Of a stretch of 64,000 bases of DNA, positions 1-12,785 are shown piece by piece. The position numbers and the translations under genes were made by a program. How positions within the stretch are numbered: position 1 is the stretch's first letter; each line of letters opens with the position of its first letter. Source of the stretch: Chiloscyllium plagiosum (taxonomy: Eukaryota); assembly GCF_004010195.1 (NCBI RefSeq), contig NC_057719.1:57268246-57332245 (forward strand), given 5' to 3'. Below the pieces are notes generated by a model that was given only the letters and a program-made list of their open reading frames with translations, made no database searches and was not told where the DNA came from.

Positions 1-924
1 TGTCTAACCATAGACACCTATCCAATTTCAGAATTTTTTTGCCTCAGTCCCGAGATGAACTTACTATACTGCATTTCATTTCATCCAGTCTTTAATAGCT
101 CTCACATTTCCTGATCTTTATTTAAGCTGTTGATGATAATGTAAAACCCCTGGGTTGCTGGAAGAACACTGAATGAATGAAATGCGAAATGAAATTCAGC
201 CATATACAGTACATAATTATAAGTTGCAAAGACATTCTAATTAGTGTCTATGTGCTGGCTAGTCTATAAACTGAGGAAAAGAGCAGTATTACAATGAGAG
301 TTGAAAATTCTGAAGACAAAATCAGAAGTACAAATTCCTAATCAAATACTCCAATCAAAAAAAAAGGGATATGGGAGGTTATTAAATTTATCTTAATCCA
401 CTGATGAATTTAATAAAGAAGTAATCAAAGATCATTTGAAGACTTTTGTGCCTGGATGTAGGGATGACAAGCTTGAATAAAAGGCAAGTCTTTGAGGCTT
501 CTGTATCATTTTATTACATGATACATTCAGATTCATATTTAAAAAGAAATGCAAATGAGCGAAAAATGCTTCACAGAAAATAATCATTTGCTTCCTTTGT
601 AAGTATTCATAAATAAAATCACGCTAACAATAGCTTTTTTCCCTGTCATATAATTTCTGCTGTAGAGGCTGTATCTCATTACTGCTGCCAAAGTTACGTA
701 GGACTTATTCAAATTTTTAGGATCTAATATTTACAAGCTCTATCACAAATGGTGGATTAATTTGAGCCCACTCTCTCTAAAAAGATCAATGCTTGTCTTC
801 CATCGTCTTGCATGATCCCCATATTTATTGATTCCCTCAGTGCAAAAAAAGCTATCAATCTCCACGGAATCCAGTCTATTCAAAACACTTCTGCAGTCAC
901 TTGCTCTCCTTCTTTCAAGCACAA

Positions 925-1445
925 AGACAGGGTTCCCCTTGTTCTCATTTTCCAACTCACCACATTCAAATAATCATCCTCTGCCCTTTCAGCTGCCTCC
1001 AACATGAAGCCACTACCTTTTTATAATTTTGAAGGGAGTGTTCCCTGTTATAATCTATTCCAGAGGAATCTCCAACACGCTGTCCTATTCTCATGGCAGC
1101 TTTCTATGCACATATCATGTAGGTGATGCAAGAAGTGCCCTTCTAGCTCCTCCCATCTCAGCTTTCAAAGTTCCAATTGCATTTTCCAAGTGAAATAATG
1201 ACCTAATTGCGTCTCTTCAAATTAATATTTGCTATTCATGATGTGGCCCCAATGAAGAACAAAAGCAGACTGATTGACAGCTTTGTAGATGAACTCCATT
1301 TAGGCCTGAGCTCATGCTTCCAGTTACCTGCCAACTTAATCCTCTACCTTGCTCCCACTCTGACCTTTCAATCCTTTGCTGCCTGCAGTGATGCACTGTA
1401 GTTTAAAATGAGCTCAAGGTACAGAACCTCAGCTTTAGACTGGAC
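925..1445 (+). mobile_element. Degraded Penelope-like element fragment (RT C-terminus to GIY-YIG region)
   Basis: Begins GACAGGGTTCCCCTTGTTCTCATTTTCCA (DRVPLVLIF, compare PLE DRVPLVLTFHP) and is colinear with the better-preserved copy at 6815-7630; many stops and frameshifts. Confidence 0.7.
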
Positions 1446-1651
1446 GTGTCTGCATGGGTTTCCTCCGGGTGCTCCGGTTTCCTCCCACAGTCCAAAGATG
1501 TGCAGGTCAGGTGAATTGGCCATGCTAAATTGCCCGTAGTGTTAGGTTAAAGGGGTAAATGTAGGGGTATGGGTGGGTTGCACTTCAGCGGGTCGGTGTG
1601 GACTTGTTGGGCCAAAGGGCCTGTTTCCACACTGTAAGTAATCTAAGTAAT
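1446..1651 (+). mobile_element. HE1-type V-SINE, 5'-truncated
   Basis: Core GGGTTTCCTCCGGGTGCTCCGGTTTCCTCCCACAGTCCAAAGATGTGC and 3' end GGGCCTGTTTCCACACTGTAAGTAATCT; near-identical to 10058-10375. Confidence 0.92.
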
Positions 1652-1863
1652 TTCTCAATCTTCCACACCCACCATTGGGTTCAAGAATTTTAGATAACCT
1701 CTGCTCCATTTTGTTTCTTTTCTTGTTGTTGGTTTTATTTGTATTTCCCTTCTGAGCTCTTTTTGAATTTATTTTTAGTTTAAAAGCTAGAAAGTTATTT
1801 AGAGCTTTTATAAACATTGTTCGACCATTGCTCGTGGGGAAAGTGCTGGAGTCGATCATAGGA

Positions 1864-2205
1864 TCCCTATAGTGTGGAAGCAGGCCATTCAGCCCAACAA
1901 GTCCACACTGACCCTCCGAAGAGCACCCCATCCAGACCAACCCGCTACCTATCCCTGTAACTCGCATTTCCCATGGCTAATTCACCTAGCCAGCACATCC
2001 CTGGACCCTATGGGCAATTTAGCATGGTCAATTCACCTAACCTGCACATCTTTGGACTGTGGGATGAAACTGGAGCACCCAGCGGAAACCCAGTCAGACA
2101 CAGGGACAATGTGTAAATGCCAAACAGACAGTTGCCCAAATGTGGAATCGAACTGAGTCCCTGGCCAGTGAGGCAACAGTGCTAACCACTGAACCACCGT
2201 GCTGC
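1864..2205 (-). mobile_element. HE1-type V-SINE inserted in an old CR1
   Basis: Reverse complement of the HE1 head, core and tail; CR1 RT sequence lies on both sides. Confidence 0.9.
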
Positions 2206-3220
2206 TCTGCATAATATCACATAAGATATAAGAACAAAACATTTGGAAAGCATTTTTGAGATTGGACAAAGCATATGAAAGGCATATCATGCTTAACAAA
2301 CCCACTGCAGTTTTTTGAGGAGATAGTTAGTAGATTAGATAAGGGAGAACCAGCCGATGTTGTGCATTTGGATTCTCAAAAGGCTCAAAGTAAGGTCCTG
2401 CACAAGTCATTAGTGGACAAGTTAATGCAAATGGGGTGAAGGTAAAATATTGGCATGGATTGAGAACTGGTTGACACACTCCAAGCAGAGTGGGAACAAA
2501 TGGGTCTTTTTCCAAATGGCAGGCAGTGACTAGTGGGGTACCTTAAGTATTAATGCTTGGGTTGCAGCTATTCCCAATTTATGTAAATTGCCTGGATGAG
2601 GGAACCAAATGCAACATTTCCAAGCTTGCTGATGAGGCAAAACTGGGCAGGGTTATGAGGTGGCTGCAAGGGGGCTCCAAGATGATTTAGACAAATTGAA
2701 CAAGTGAGCAAACACATGGCAGATGTAAGACAATGTGGCTAAATATGAAGATATAAATTTTGGTGTGAAGATCAAAAAGGCAGAGTATTATTTAAATAGC
2801 GATGTACTGGGAAATGTGCACAAAAGGACTCATATACCAGTCAATGAAAGTAGACAGGCAAGTGCAGCAAACAATAAAGGAAGCCAATGTTTTATTGTCC
2901 TCCATTGCAAGAGGGTTTGAGTTCAGAAGTAAGGGTGGTATATTACATTTATGCAGGATCTTGGTGCGACCCACATCTAGTGTGCAGTTTTGGTCTCTTT
3001 GCCTAAGAAAGGATATACCTGCTGTAGAGGGAGTGTGATAGAAGTTCATTCAGCTGATATGGGGGATGGCAAGATTTCCTATTGGTTCAACTGGACTTTT
3101 ATTCATGTGAGTGTAGAAGGATGAGCATGTCGAAGGATATCTGTTTAAATGTATACATTTCTAACAGGGCTGAACAGATACAGGACAGATGTTTCCCTGG
3201 TTAGAACTAGTGGTCACAGT

Positions 3221-3381
3221 CAGAGTTCCCTCTAATTCTTTTCTGGCAGTGTGAGCCTCCAAGATCTGAGAACAGCTGTAACTCATGGAACTGGAAGTGA
3301 GTGCCACAACCATAGTGCCGATGTCAATTGCTGGATCTGGAACATTGGAGCATGCAGTCGCGTGGCTTAGAGAGAACATTT
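3221..3381. mobile_element. hAT-type MITE
   Basis: Imperfect TIRs CAGAGTTCCCTCTAA / TTAGAGAGAACATTT; perfect 8-bp TSD GTCACAGT at 3213-3220 and 3382-3389. Confidence 0.85.
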
Positions 3382-4339
3382 GTCACAGTCTTGTGATATG
3401 GGGTAGTCCATTTAGGAATGAGATGAGGAAAGACTTCATCACTCAAAAGGAGTGAACCTGTGGAAATCTCGACCGCAGAAGGCTGTGGAGGCCAGGTCAG
3501 TGAATATATTCAAGAAAGGGATTGATTATATTTTAGATTTTAGAAGCATCTCAGAATAAAGGGAGAAAGCAGGAATATGGCATTGAGATAGAACAGCAGG
3601 CTTGAGGGCTGAATGAGGGCTTGAGGGCACCGATCATGTTGCATGACCTGCTGTGCTTTTCCAGCATCACACACTCTCAACTCTGACCGCCAGCATCTGC
3701 AGTTCTCACTTTCTTTTTGAGGGCTGAATGTTCTGCACCTAGCTTCTATATTTATATTTTTATGTACCGAGAGCTTTGTATCCAATTCTGGTCACCATGT
3801 TTTAATAAAGATTTCATGAGGATCCCTGAGATGGTTCAACCTGAATGGCCCCAGAAATGAGAGACTTTGGCTCCACGATTAGGTTGTAGAATCTGCGAGT
3901 TGGCAGATCATGGAGGTCAATGCATGTTATGCTAGCACCCTGAGCACCAGAATTGGACAGATCATTAGGTGACCCGCTCCCCCCCCCATCCCCCAAGTCT
4001 TTATGCCCTTTTCTACCTACACTCCATGGACAGTAAGTCCAACCAAATTCTTATGTTGCCCACCCACCATATCAATCTGAGACTCCAACTGTCCTCCTTA
4101 CCAATTGAGCCTTGTCACAACATCTTGCTGATGCCTACCATCATGTTGCATAGATTTTTCATCGAAACAATGGTGTTGGTGGTGGTGACCACCTATCATT
4201 TCCTTTCACAGTATCCCATGTCCCCATCACCATCTTCATCCCCTCTATCCCCAACAATGATTCCCTTAACCTCCTTTTCTCTTACACTGTTCACAATATG
4301 CCCCCTCCCCAAGCACATCCTGCTGATGTGCAAGATTGA

Positions 4340-5120
4340 CTATGGCCCCTTCCCTGGAATATGCTGAAACAGTCCTCCTGCCTGTGACTGGCCCAAGTGG
4401 GCACCTGACCATGCCCAAGCTCCTGAACGGGGTGCAGATGTTGGTCTTGACTGATAACCCCAGGGCCTCCTGACTGACATTTTGACTCTAGTGAAGAATA
4501 TTCCCCTTCGACTTTGAGATATCATCATTTGGTTGACGTGCATAAATAGTTTTGTTATGCAGCCTGCTGTCACATGCTGAGTTTGATAATGCATTGGATC
4601 ATTGAACAACATGCCCACCTCCTTGACAGGTGACTGTTGACAAGCATGACAAGCTTTCTGTCTTTGAGTCTGCGCTACACGATAAGATATAACAGAAGCG
4701 GTGTGCACATCTAAAGCAGGCATTGAGGGGGGCAAGTACTGAAAGATAAGACAAGTGAGACCGTCCTCAGATGCAGCTTGAATCAATCCTTGAGCTGGAT
4801 GCATCTCCTGTGTGCAAAATATCCTTGCAGAAGCAATACAATGTGAGGGTCTGGTTAAAGTGCAGCACTGAACTGCACAAGGGCACTGTAAATAGATTTA
4901 AAATGTGACATGATGATGTGGAGAGATTGGTATATATCAAATGCCAACATCTGTGGAGATGGGATAAATGCAGTCACTGCCCAGGAGTGCATCTGGAGAT
5001 GTTGGTGCCAGTGGGAAATGGCTGTTGGAAGAGCAAGGGGTGAGCCGGCGTTGACAGGTACCCACTCTGACTTTCATGTTGGGAATTCTTGACACCTCGT
5101 TTTTCATGGCAGGTGGTAGA
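4340..5120 (+). pseudogene. Possible heavily decayed PIF/Harbinger transposase 3' remnant
   Basis: Only fragmentary motifs (FPGIC, RYNRS, VLK), resembling HARBI1-like transposase C-termini. Confidence 0.35.
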
Positions 5121-5135
5121 ATAGGAAGCTGTATG

Positions 5136-5342
5136 CAGTCGCTTCTGATGTAACACAATAGTTTCATTCTTGTGTGAAGTAAATCGCACAATAGCCAAAC
5201 CATTTAAACTAATAGGACCGCAATCATGTTATAGCCAATACAGGTAAGAAATGTTCGCATTTTACAAATAATGGTCTAAATTCTTCAATCGTGTTCAAGC
5301 CAATTGGCGTTGAAGAAACATGCGTTATAGTAGAACTAACTG
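5136..5342. mobile_element. Tc1/mariner-pogo-like MITE
   Basis: Imperfect TIRs CAGTCGCTTCTGATGTAAC...GTTATAGTAGAACTAACTG followed by TA; homologous to 30791-31003. Confidence 0.65.
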
Positions 5343-6814
5343 TATTAACAAGATGAGATTTGATGCTATTGAGGGTGATAATGATCTATAATCCCAATTA
5401 AGATGTACCATCTTGCCACTCTCCAGTGAAAATCTTGTATCAACATCTCCAGAAATTATTTGGAAGATGGGACTTGTTGCTCTTGGCATTGGACTGCTCA
5501 CATGAATCTCCCAGATTTCTCGCCATTCCACGACTGTCAAGGCTTTACAAGATTTTGCCCAAAATGTTTAGGTGCCTGAAAGGTTTTACATCTGACATCC
5601 AATAACTAAATTCCTAGCTGTTTATTTTTCATCATAAGTCAAATTACAAACAGAGAGGGTTCTGAAGAAATGTCATATTGGATTTGAAATGTTAACTCTG
5701 TTTCCCTATCCATGGATGTTACCAAACCTGCTGAATCTCTCCAATACTTGGTGATGACTAACCATTTTCAAAATATTTTTTAAAAAGAACAAATTACTCC
5801 TACTAACCCACTTAAACAAATGCAGCATTGAGGCGCATGGGCAGGATGGTAATGGATGGGTAACCTTGCCTCAATCTGATTTCTAAAGTATATATGCAGA
5901 AATATCGAATCCTACTTTACATGTATTTTGATTCAGTATTGAATCTGTAGAATTAATGACTACTTTCCTGTTGAAAAAAGCTACCATTGCAAGAGTGGGC
6001 TGCTAACTATGTGGGTAGTCAACTTCTAAGTATACTCTCAACTGCCACTTCAATTGAGTTTGAAAAGCTGGTTGTCAGCCAACAAATTGAATGCAGGTCT
6101 GTATGAACTAGATACTGTGCAGATCTGAGTGAGTAAATAATCACAATGAAAAGGAATCTCTGATATTCTCTACCTTGTGAAGTTTCAAACTTCTGTTCTA
6201 CACTACTTTTAACTCAATCAGAACACTTAAAAATGGTCACTGTGCACTACTTATGGGACTAGTACTCCATAAGGTAGAGATTATAAGCATGTACTTTCAG
6301 CATCGAATTGACTTCACACCATGAATTTGAACAGTTAGATCAACTAACTGTTCAAATTCATCTTTATTGCCTGGAAAATTCTACCCTACCACTGCTTACA
6401 CCCCTCATGCACCCTCCTGAATTTCCTATGGATGCTCCCAGCAGGCATAGCTCAACTCTGAAAATACAATCTCACAATGGCTTACCTTAATAGTTTGTAC
6501 TTTAGCTGCAGATATTTAGGGCAATGGGAAGTAGAAAGATACATGGTCCTCAGTCTCGGATCTAGCACAATAGGGTTATGCACAAGTTACCTTGTGCATA
6601 TGTTTTCATACATGGCACAGAAATCAATGGATAATTGATAATCATACTTTAATATCATTAAAAAGCTCACATGACAAATAAATCTTTCCAACATTTGGGA
6701 ATTCAATATATCAGGTTTCTGAGTGATCCAACAAACCTTTTCAAGTTTCCTTCACATCCTTTGTGGTTATACAATAACAAAGATTTTGATTGGTTATGTA
6801 ATTTACTCTAGCAC

Positions 6815-7630
6815 ATTTCCTCCACTTCCAGCACCTCCGCCCTTGAACACCACCCGTTCAACTGCAACAAGGATAGAACCCGCTGGTCCTCAACTTCCAC
6901 CCCACGAATCTCCGGATACAATGCCTCATCCTCTGCCATTTCTGCTACCTACAAACAGACCCCACCACCAGAGATATATTTCCCTTCCCACCCCTGTCTG
7001 TGTTCCTCAGAGGCCATTCCCTCTGCGACTTCCTCGTTAGGTCCACGCCCCCCAACAACCACCCGGTACCTTCCCTTGCCACCGCAAGAGGTGTAAAACT
7101 TGTGCCCACAACTCCCCGCCACCTCCATCCAAAGCCCTAAAGGATCCTTCCACATCCGGCAGAGATTTTCCTGCACATCCAAACACCTCACCTACTGTGT
7201 CTGTTGCTCCCGATGTGGCCTCCTGTACATTGGGGACACAGGACGCCAATTTGCGGAATGGTTGAGGGAACATGCACCCAATAACCTAACTGTCCTGAGA
7301 CCAACCACTTCAACTCTCCTTCCCACTCTGCCAAAGACAAGCAAGTCCTGGGCCTCCTCAATCGCCAAATCCAAGCCACCTGATGCCTGGAGAAAAAACG
7401 CCTCATGTTCCACCTTGGGAACCCCCAACCACACAGCAATACCGATTTCACCAGTTTCCACATCTCCCGTCCCCAACCTTTTCCCAGACCCAACCTTCCC
7501 ACTCAGCCCCCCCTCCATTCTTGATGATGAGCTTATGCCCGAAGTGTCAACTCTCCTGCTCCTCGGTTGTGCTTTTCCAGCGCCACACTCTCAACTCTGA
7601 TCTCCAGCATCTACAGTCCTCACTTTTTTA
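6815..7630 (+). mobile_element. Penelope-like element 3' part with GIY-YIG endonuclease remnant
   Basis: ORF 7100-7600 contains FHIRQRFSCTSKHLTYCVCCSRCGLLYIGDTGRQFAEWLREH; ends with the family terminus CTCTGATCTCCAGCATCTACAGTCCTCACTTT. Confidence 0.9.
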
Positions 7631-7639
7631 CAATTAATT

Positions 7640-8065
7640 CTGATGTTGACTTTTGAGGACATTTAAGAAATTGGTTTCCAAAAGGTTTTTGATAAGATAC
7701 TATGCAAAAGCTTACTGCACAAGATGAGAGTTCTTACAACTGAGTTGATAATTAATGTGAGTATGGAAAAGTCTGACAAATAGGAAACAGAGTCAGGGAA
7801 ATGGGTCATTTTCAAATTGCAAACTGTAATCAGTGGCGTTCACAGGGGTCAGTGTTTGTCTTCAATTAGTTACGATGGATATTACTGACTTGGATGAAGG
7901 ATTATAGCCACCTTTGTTGATGACACAAAGATAGGTAGTACAACAAGTTATGAGGAATCTGCAAAGTAGTGAAGATTGGTTAAGTGAATGGGCAAAAGAA
8001 ATTGCTATATGAAGTACAATGGGGAAAATATAATATTGTTCATTTTAGCATGAAGAATAGAAAAG
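7640..8065 (+). mobile_element. Old CR1 RT fragment
   Basis: GVHRGQ-like and FVDDTKIG (TTTGTTGATGACACAAAGATAGGT) motifs with frameshifts. Confidence 0.75.
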
Positions 8066-9426
8066 AATTCTTTTGTTTCCTTAATGTCTCCAGTTGTTTT
8101 CTACAATCTGGCAGCTTCAATCCATGTGCCATATTTATTGAGTTCTCCAAGTCAGCTCTGAAGAGGTCATCAGAAAATGTGGGGCCAGGCTGCAAAGATG
8201 CCTCTTTCTTCAATTTTCTCTTGCTGTGTTCATACTAAGATAGGAAATTGTATGGATTAAAAGAACCATACCTGAATGCTATGTTCTCAAACTCTCCTTC
8301 GTTGTTCTGGCTTTGTCAGAGTGGTTCTGAGTGCAGAAAAGCAAAGAATATATTATTAAGTCAGCCTGTTCTTCCAAGTGACCTGAATATTATGGAAAAT
8401 AACTGATTGAAATGTAATTCACTGTTTTGAATGCAGTTCAGTTCCAAAATATATTCAGCCATTGCACAGGCAATTCATGGCAGCAATTTGCAACAAAGAA
8501 ATAAAGCAGCCAAGTTTATAATAAAATTGCAAAAAAGAACTTTGCAACTCTGATATGGTAACCCCACTAATACATTAAAATGTGACTTGCATAAATGCCA
8601 GTCATGATGTAGACCTATTTAAAGGAACTTGCTTCTGCTCAAAGTGCTACCTTATGTTTCTTGCTTTTACTGTTATCATGTAGTAATTTCAAATTGCACA
8701 GGATGAAAAGATTACAAGTGTAAATGAGGCAACTGCAAAATGTCTCACAATAACTGTGCAAGTTGCCTGTTTTCAGCTTCTGTTGGTCTTCCTGGGAGTG
8801 CTATTTAAGTACAGTTATGAGAAATTACTTTTCAGTACATTCTTGCTTTTAAATTAACTGTGCCCATATAAAAGCACCTTCTTTCATTGGTTTATTTTTA
8901 AGTTAAAAAATGGACAATTAATGCTAATAATCTTTCAGAAGAAATAAGAGCAATTTTACAAATAAAGTTAGCCGCAATGAGCCAATGATAATGATTTTTA
9001 CAACTGCACATGAAATACACAAGTGCGTTCTTTGGCACCAGTACCCTGATGAGATCAAATTATGATCTAAAATAGTGTGTGACTTGATTAACATGTTGCA
9101 CAAAGTGCAATGTTGATGATTTAACTATTGATAATTTGTGGTAGAAAATGATCTGGGTTATTAGAGTGCAATGATTTAGTAATTACACTTCTGTAACAAA
9201 GTTAAAAAAGTGTTCGTATTGTTGCTAACACTGGTGGGCTAATTCTTCGTGGCCAATTTCCTGTTGCAATTGGTTTTCCATGGGTCAATCCATTTTCCAG
9301 GTGCAAAACAAGAATAAAGGGGCAGAGTTCTGTTATTCCACATGAGTGTAATGTGCTTATGAGGCCTGAGGTTGTTCTCATTTCTTGGAAGCAGCTTTCC
9401 CAATGGCAGGCTTTCTCTTGCAATGC

Positions 9427-9478
9427 TGAAAATGTGTTGCTGGAAAAGCGCAGCAGGTCAGGCAGCATCCAGGGAACT
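9427..9478 (-). mobile_element. Short Penelope terminal fragment
   Basis: CTGAAAATGTGTTGCTGGAAAAGCGCAGCAGGTCAGGCAGCATCC, the same sequence as at about 31580-31625. Confidence 0.85.
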
Positions 9479-10057
9479 GAGCAGTGTCAGTTCCAAACAG
9501 GTTTGCAAAGCAATATGAAAATATCATTTGTGGTACCAGTGTTGGCTGTTGTTCTTGAAACTATTAGCATATTTACATTTTGACATCAAAGAACTCTCAT
9601 GGGATATCACTGTCTCCATCAAGAGTGTCCTATAAATACAGCTAGTCTGCTGCAGGTTTTTAAAGACTATTTCAGGGCTGTATTTTCCTTCCCTCCCCAG
9701 CAGATGCATGACTAACATGACTGGCATTGACGTTACACATCATCCTATATCACAAATGAGTGGCCTAGGAGGCAACTGCAGTACACTAGCAGCTGTTTTA
9801 CACTTGTCTCAGTCCCGTTAACCTAACATCAAAAGGCAAATCCAGTCTAACGTACTAAGTGGCCAGGACATCAGTGGACTGTTGGCTCAAGGGAAGTGGT
9901 TCAAGCATCGACCTGTGTGAAAGTAACATATTTTCCATCACTCAACAAATGAAAATGTTAATGAGGAGTTGTAAGTTCAGCTGGAAAAGATGCAGAGTAA
10001 GCTTAAAATAGTGCAAAGTCACCTTCAAGAGAAGGGTTTAAAACAGGGCACATTATT

Positions 10058-10375
10058 AGTGGGTGGCACGGTGGCACAGTGGTTAGCACTGCTGCCTCAC
10101 AGCGCCAGAGACCCGGGTTCAATACCCGCCTCAGGCGACTGACTGTGTGGAGTTTGCACGTTCTCCCCGTGTCTGCGTGGGTTTCCTCCGGGTGCTCCGG
10201 TTTCCTCCCACAGTCCAAAGATGTGCAGGTCAGGTGAATTGGCCATGCTAAATTGTCCGTAGTGTTAGGTAAGTGGTAAATGTAGGGGTATGGGTGGGTT
10301 GCGCTTCGGCGGGGCGGTGTGGACTTGTTGGGCCGAAGGGCCTGTTTCCACACTGTAAGTAATCTAATCTAATCT
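10058..10375 (+). mobile_element. Full-length, young HE1-type V-SINE
   Basis: A-box TGGCACAGTGG, B-box GGTTCAATACC, core domain, (AATCT)3 tail; many CpGs retained. Confidence 0.95.
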
Positions 10376-10605
10376 ATTGAAATCTTTGCACCAATCAAGG
10401 CGTATATTTCAAGAGAATATTTTGCTAAGAGAAGCTCTCACTGTGACAATGAGTCAGAGCTGGAAAAGATGCAGAGTAAGCTTAAAATAGTGCAAAGTCA
10501 CCTTCAAGAGAAGGGTTTAAAACAGGGCACATTATTGAAATCAAGGAGTAGCTGCTTTCAAGAGAATATTTTGCTAAGAGAAGCTCTCACTGTGACAATG
10601 AGTCA

Positions 10606-11034
10606 GGATGTAAGTTTGCTCACTGAGCTAGAAGGTTTGCTTTCATAGGTTTTATCACCATACTGGGTAACATCATCAGTGAGCCAGTGAAGTACTGGTG
10701 TTAGTGACCCGCTTTCTATTTATGTGTTTAGGATTCCTTGGGTTGGTGATATCATTTTTGGTAGTCATGCCATTTCCTGTTTCTTTTCACAGAGAAAAAC
10801 ATGAAATGGCATCAGCACAGGAAATGACATCACCACAGGAAATGACATCACCAACCCAAGGAAGCCTAAACACCTAAATAGAAATGGATCACTAACATCA
10901 GTGCTTCACTGGAGGCTTACTGATGATGCTACCTAGTATAGTGATGAACCGTTTGAAAATGAACCTTCCAGCTCAGTGAGCAAACGTACATCCAGAACTT
11001 CACCCTGAGCTGTAAATCTTCTCAAAACCCGCTA
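10606..11034. mobile_element. Fold-back (inverted pseudo-LTR) Penelope-like non-autonomous element
   Basis: Two ~190-bp inverted arms spanning 10606-10993, each with a CTGATGA hammerhead-like core; flanking 13-bp near-duplication ACAATGAGT(C/T)AGG. Confidence 0.75.
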
Positions 11035-12419
11035 ACAATGAGTTAGGAGCTGAAGGGAGTGCTTGAGTTAAGGTGTAGCTAAAGAGATTGCCATAGTTTT
11101 CCTCAAAGGAAATATTAGCTAAACTTGCAAAGAATGCACATGGGTCCAATTTGTCTTGTATACTTCAAATTGGAGCCCCAGCAATGAGCAATGTATTCAT
11201 TTTCAAGCATTGCTTAGGCACCAGTTTTTTTTTTAACTGGTGGTCCCCTTAGATTAAGATTTGGGTTTGAGATAGTGACAGCCAAAAGCACAGAGTGTGC
11301 AGCTCCAGCAATTAAGATGGGCTGGGAGTTCGAGCAGTTAAGAGCGACTGGGAAATTAAAGCTGAAATCTTAAGGCTGTAGTGGAGTTTATTCAAGCTGT
11401 TAGTGGCGTCAAGATACTAAAGCACCAGCCTTGATAAACCAAGAAGAAAAGTTTCTTGAAGTTGGAAGACCCAAAGGAAAGACAGATCAATATGTGTTAG
11501 ACTTCTGCATCGCATCATATCCAAATGATGGAAAGTTAAGCTATAGTTTTGGTGAATAATAAAACTTGTTTTTTTTCCCCTGAATTAGTGATTGCCCTTT
11601 TTTCCCAGTATGGTCATTTCCTAGAAAGAACTTTAGACTTTGGGATTTAATATTAAACCCAAAAATAAATGTCTCCAAACAATGCATTACTGAAACATTG
11701 GTGAGGATTTAATATCTTCCCCCATAGTGAATTTAGCTGGGGTAGGAGTGAAGGAATTTCAACCCTATCAGGGTTATTTCCAGGCTCTTGGAGTTGGTGT
11801 GTGACCTTTATTCAAGGGTATTTGTTGCCTGATCAAGGAATGGGGTGTAAAGGAGAGAAGTGGCAGTAAGAGTCATCCCACTACTGAAATGGCTAAAACC
11901 TATCCTTTCAGACCCCTGCCCCATGGCTGTCTTTTGCTATCTTTCACCTGGGTCTTGAGTTTCAACAACAACCTCAGGCTTCTGTCCAGAGCAGAACTAG
12001 CAGAAGCCACTGCCTCTCTGGTTCAAGAGGTCAGCAGCTCTTGGCTGATAACAATTCTGTTCCCTAAAGAAAGCTGCAAGAATGCTGGTGTGTGCAATGT
12101 TTTTGATTGATGGACAGTTGGAGCTAAGACAGCACAATAAGAGGAGGCTGTAAGGCTGGCAGCATTAATAGTTGTGTGAAGGCGAGGTGAAGTGTCCAAA
12201 TGTTTGGACTGAGACCTGGTTGCTAGAGATTGTGGCTGTGTGCGTACTGGGAATGGGTATTTAGCAGCCTAAGGGACTGGGAAAGTGGTGGGTAATTAAA
12301 TTTCTTTCAGCGTTGTGGCAGGTGTCAGGTCAGGTTCTAGAAACTGACCTCTTTGGCCCCGATTACATTTCATTCTCAGGGTGAAGACCAGCCTGGGCCC
12401 AAAGGAAACTGGCCTCTTC

Positions 12420-12785
12420 TCCACTTCAGAGTATGAATACAAAAATCAAGTCGAACACTCCCTTGCAGTAAAGACAGAGTTCTGCACTGCAGAGGTGCCA
12501 TCTTTCAGCTGAGATATTAAACCAAATTTCCATCTGTCTTCCTGACTGGATGTAAACAATTCTGTGGCATTATTTCAAACAAGTGGTATCCTGACCAATA
12601 GTCTTTTCTCATTAAACATTGCAAGAACAGATCACCTTGCCATTATTGTATTGCTGTTTGTGGGATCTATTCAGCTGATGTATTACCTTCATAACAATGT
12701 GACGACTCTTTAAATGTTATTCCTTGGCTTTGAGATGTCCATTACTCATGAAAGATGTTATATAATTCCATTCTTCCTTCTTTCC
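12420..12785 (+). mobile_element. Deu-domain SINE (SacSINE1/AmnSINE1-like), degraded
   Basis: GAGGTGCCATCTTTCAGCTGAGATATTAAACC and TTGCTGTTTGTGGGATC segments and a GAAAGATGTTATATAA tail; homologous to 47290-47597. Confidence 0.7.

Larger units (their letters stand above)
1820..3615 (+). mobile_element. Old CR1 LINE ORF2 3' half, interrupted by HE1 and a hAT MITE
   Basis: Degenerate RT motifs: SKLADEAKLG at about 2620, and VQFWSLCLRKDIPAVEGV in ORF 2802-3038. Confidence 0.85.

Noticed and set aside
531..598. AG...GTAAGT bounded segment
   Set aside because: Stops in all three frames.
5230..5250. Strong donor-like CAG|GTAAGA
   Set aside because: Lies inside the pogo-like MITE; no supporting acceptor or frame.
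8094..8150. Possible upstream exon after a strong acceptor (TTCCTTAATGTCTCCAG)
   Set aside because: The only phase-compatible donor (CAA|GTCAGC) is weak and the site abuts a CR1 fragment; not supportable without RNA data.
9202..9468. 88-aa minus-strand ORF
   Set aside because: Its start comes from a Penelope fragment; the rest has no recognisable motif or splice signals.
10058..10135. tRNA gene
   Set aside because: The A and B boxes belong to a SINE head; no complete cloverleaf with a Pol III terminator was seen here or at the other SINE heads.
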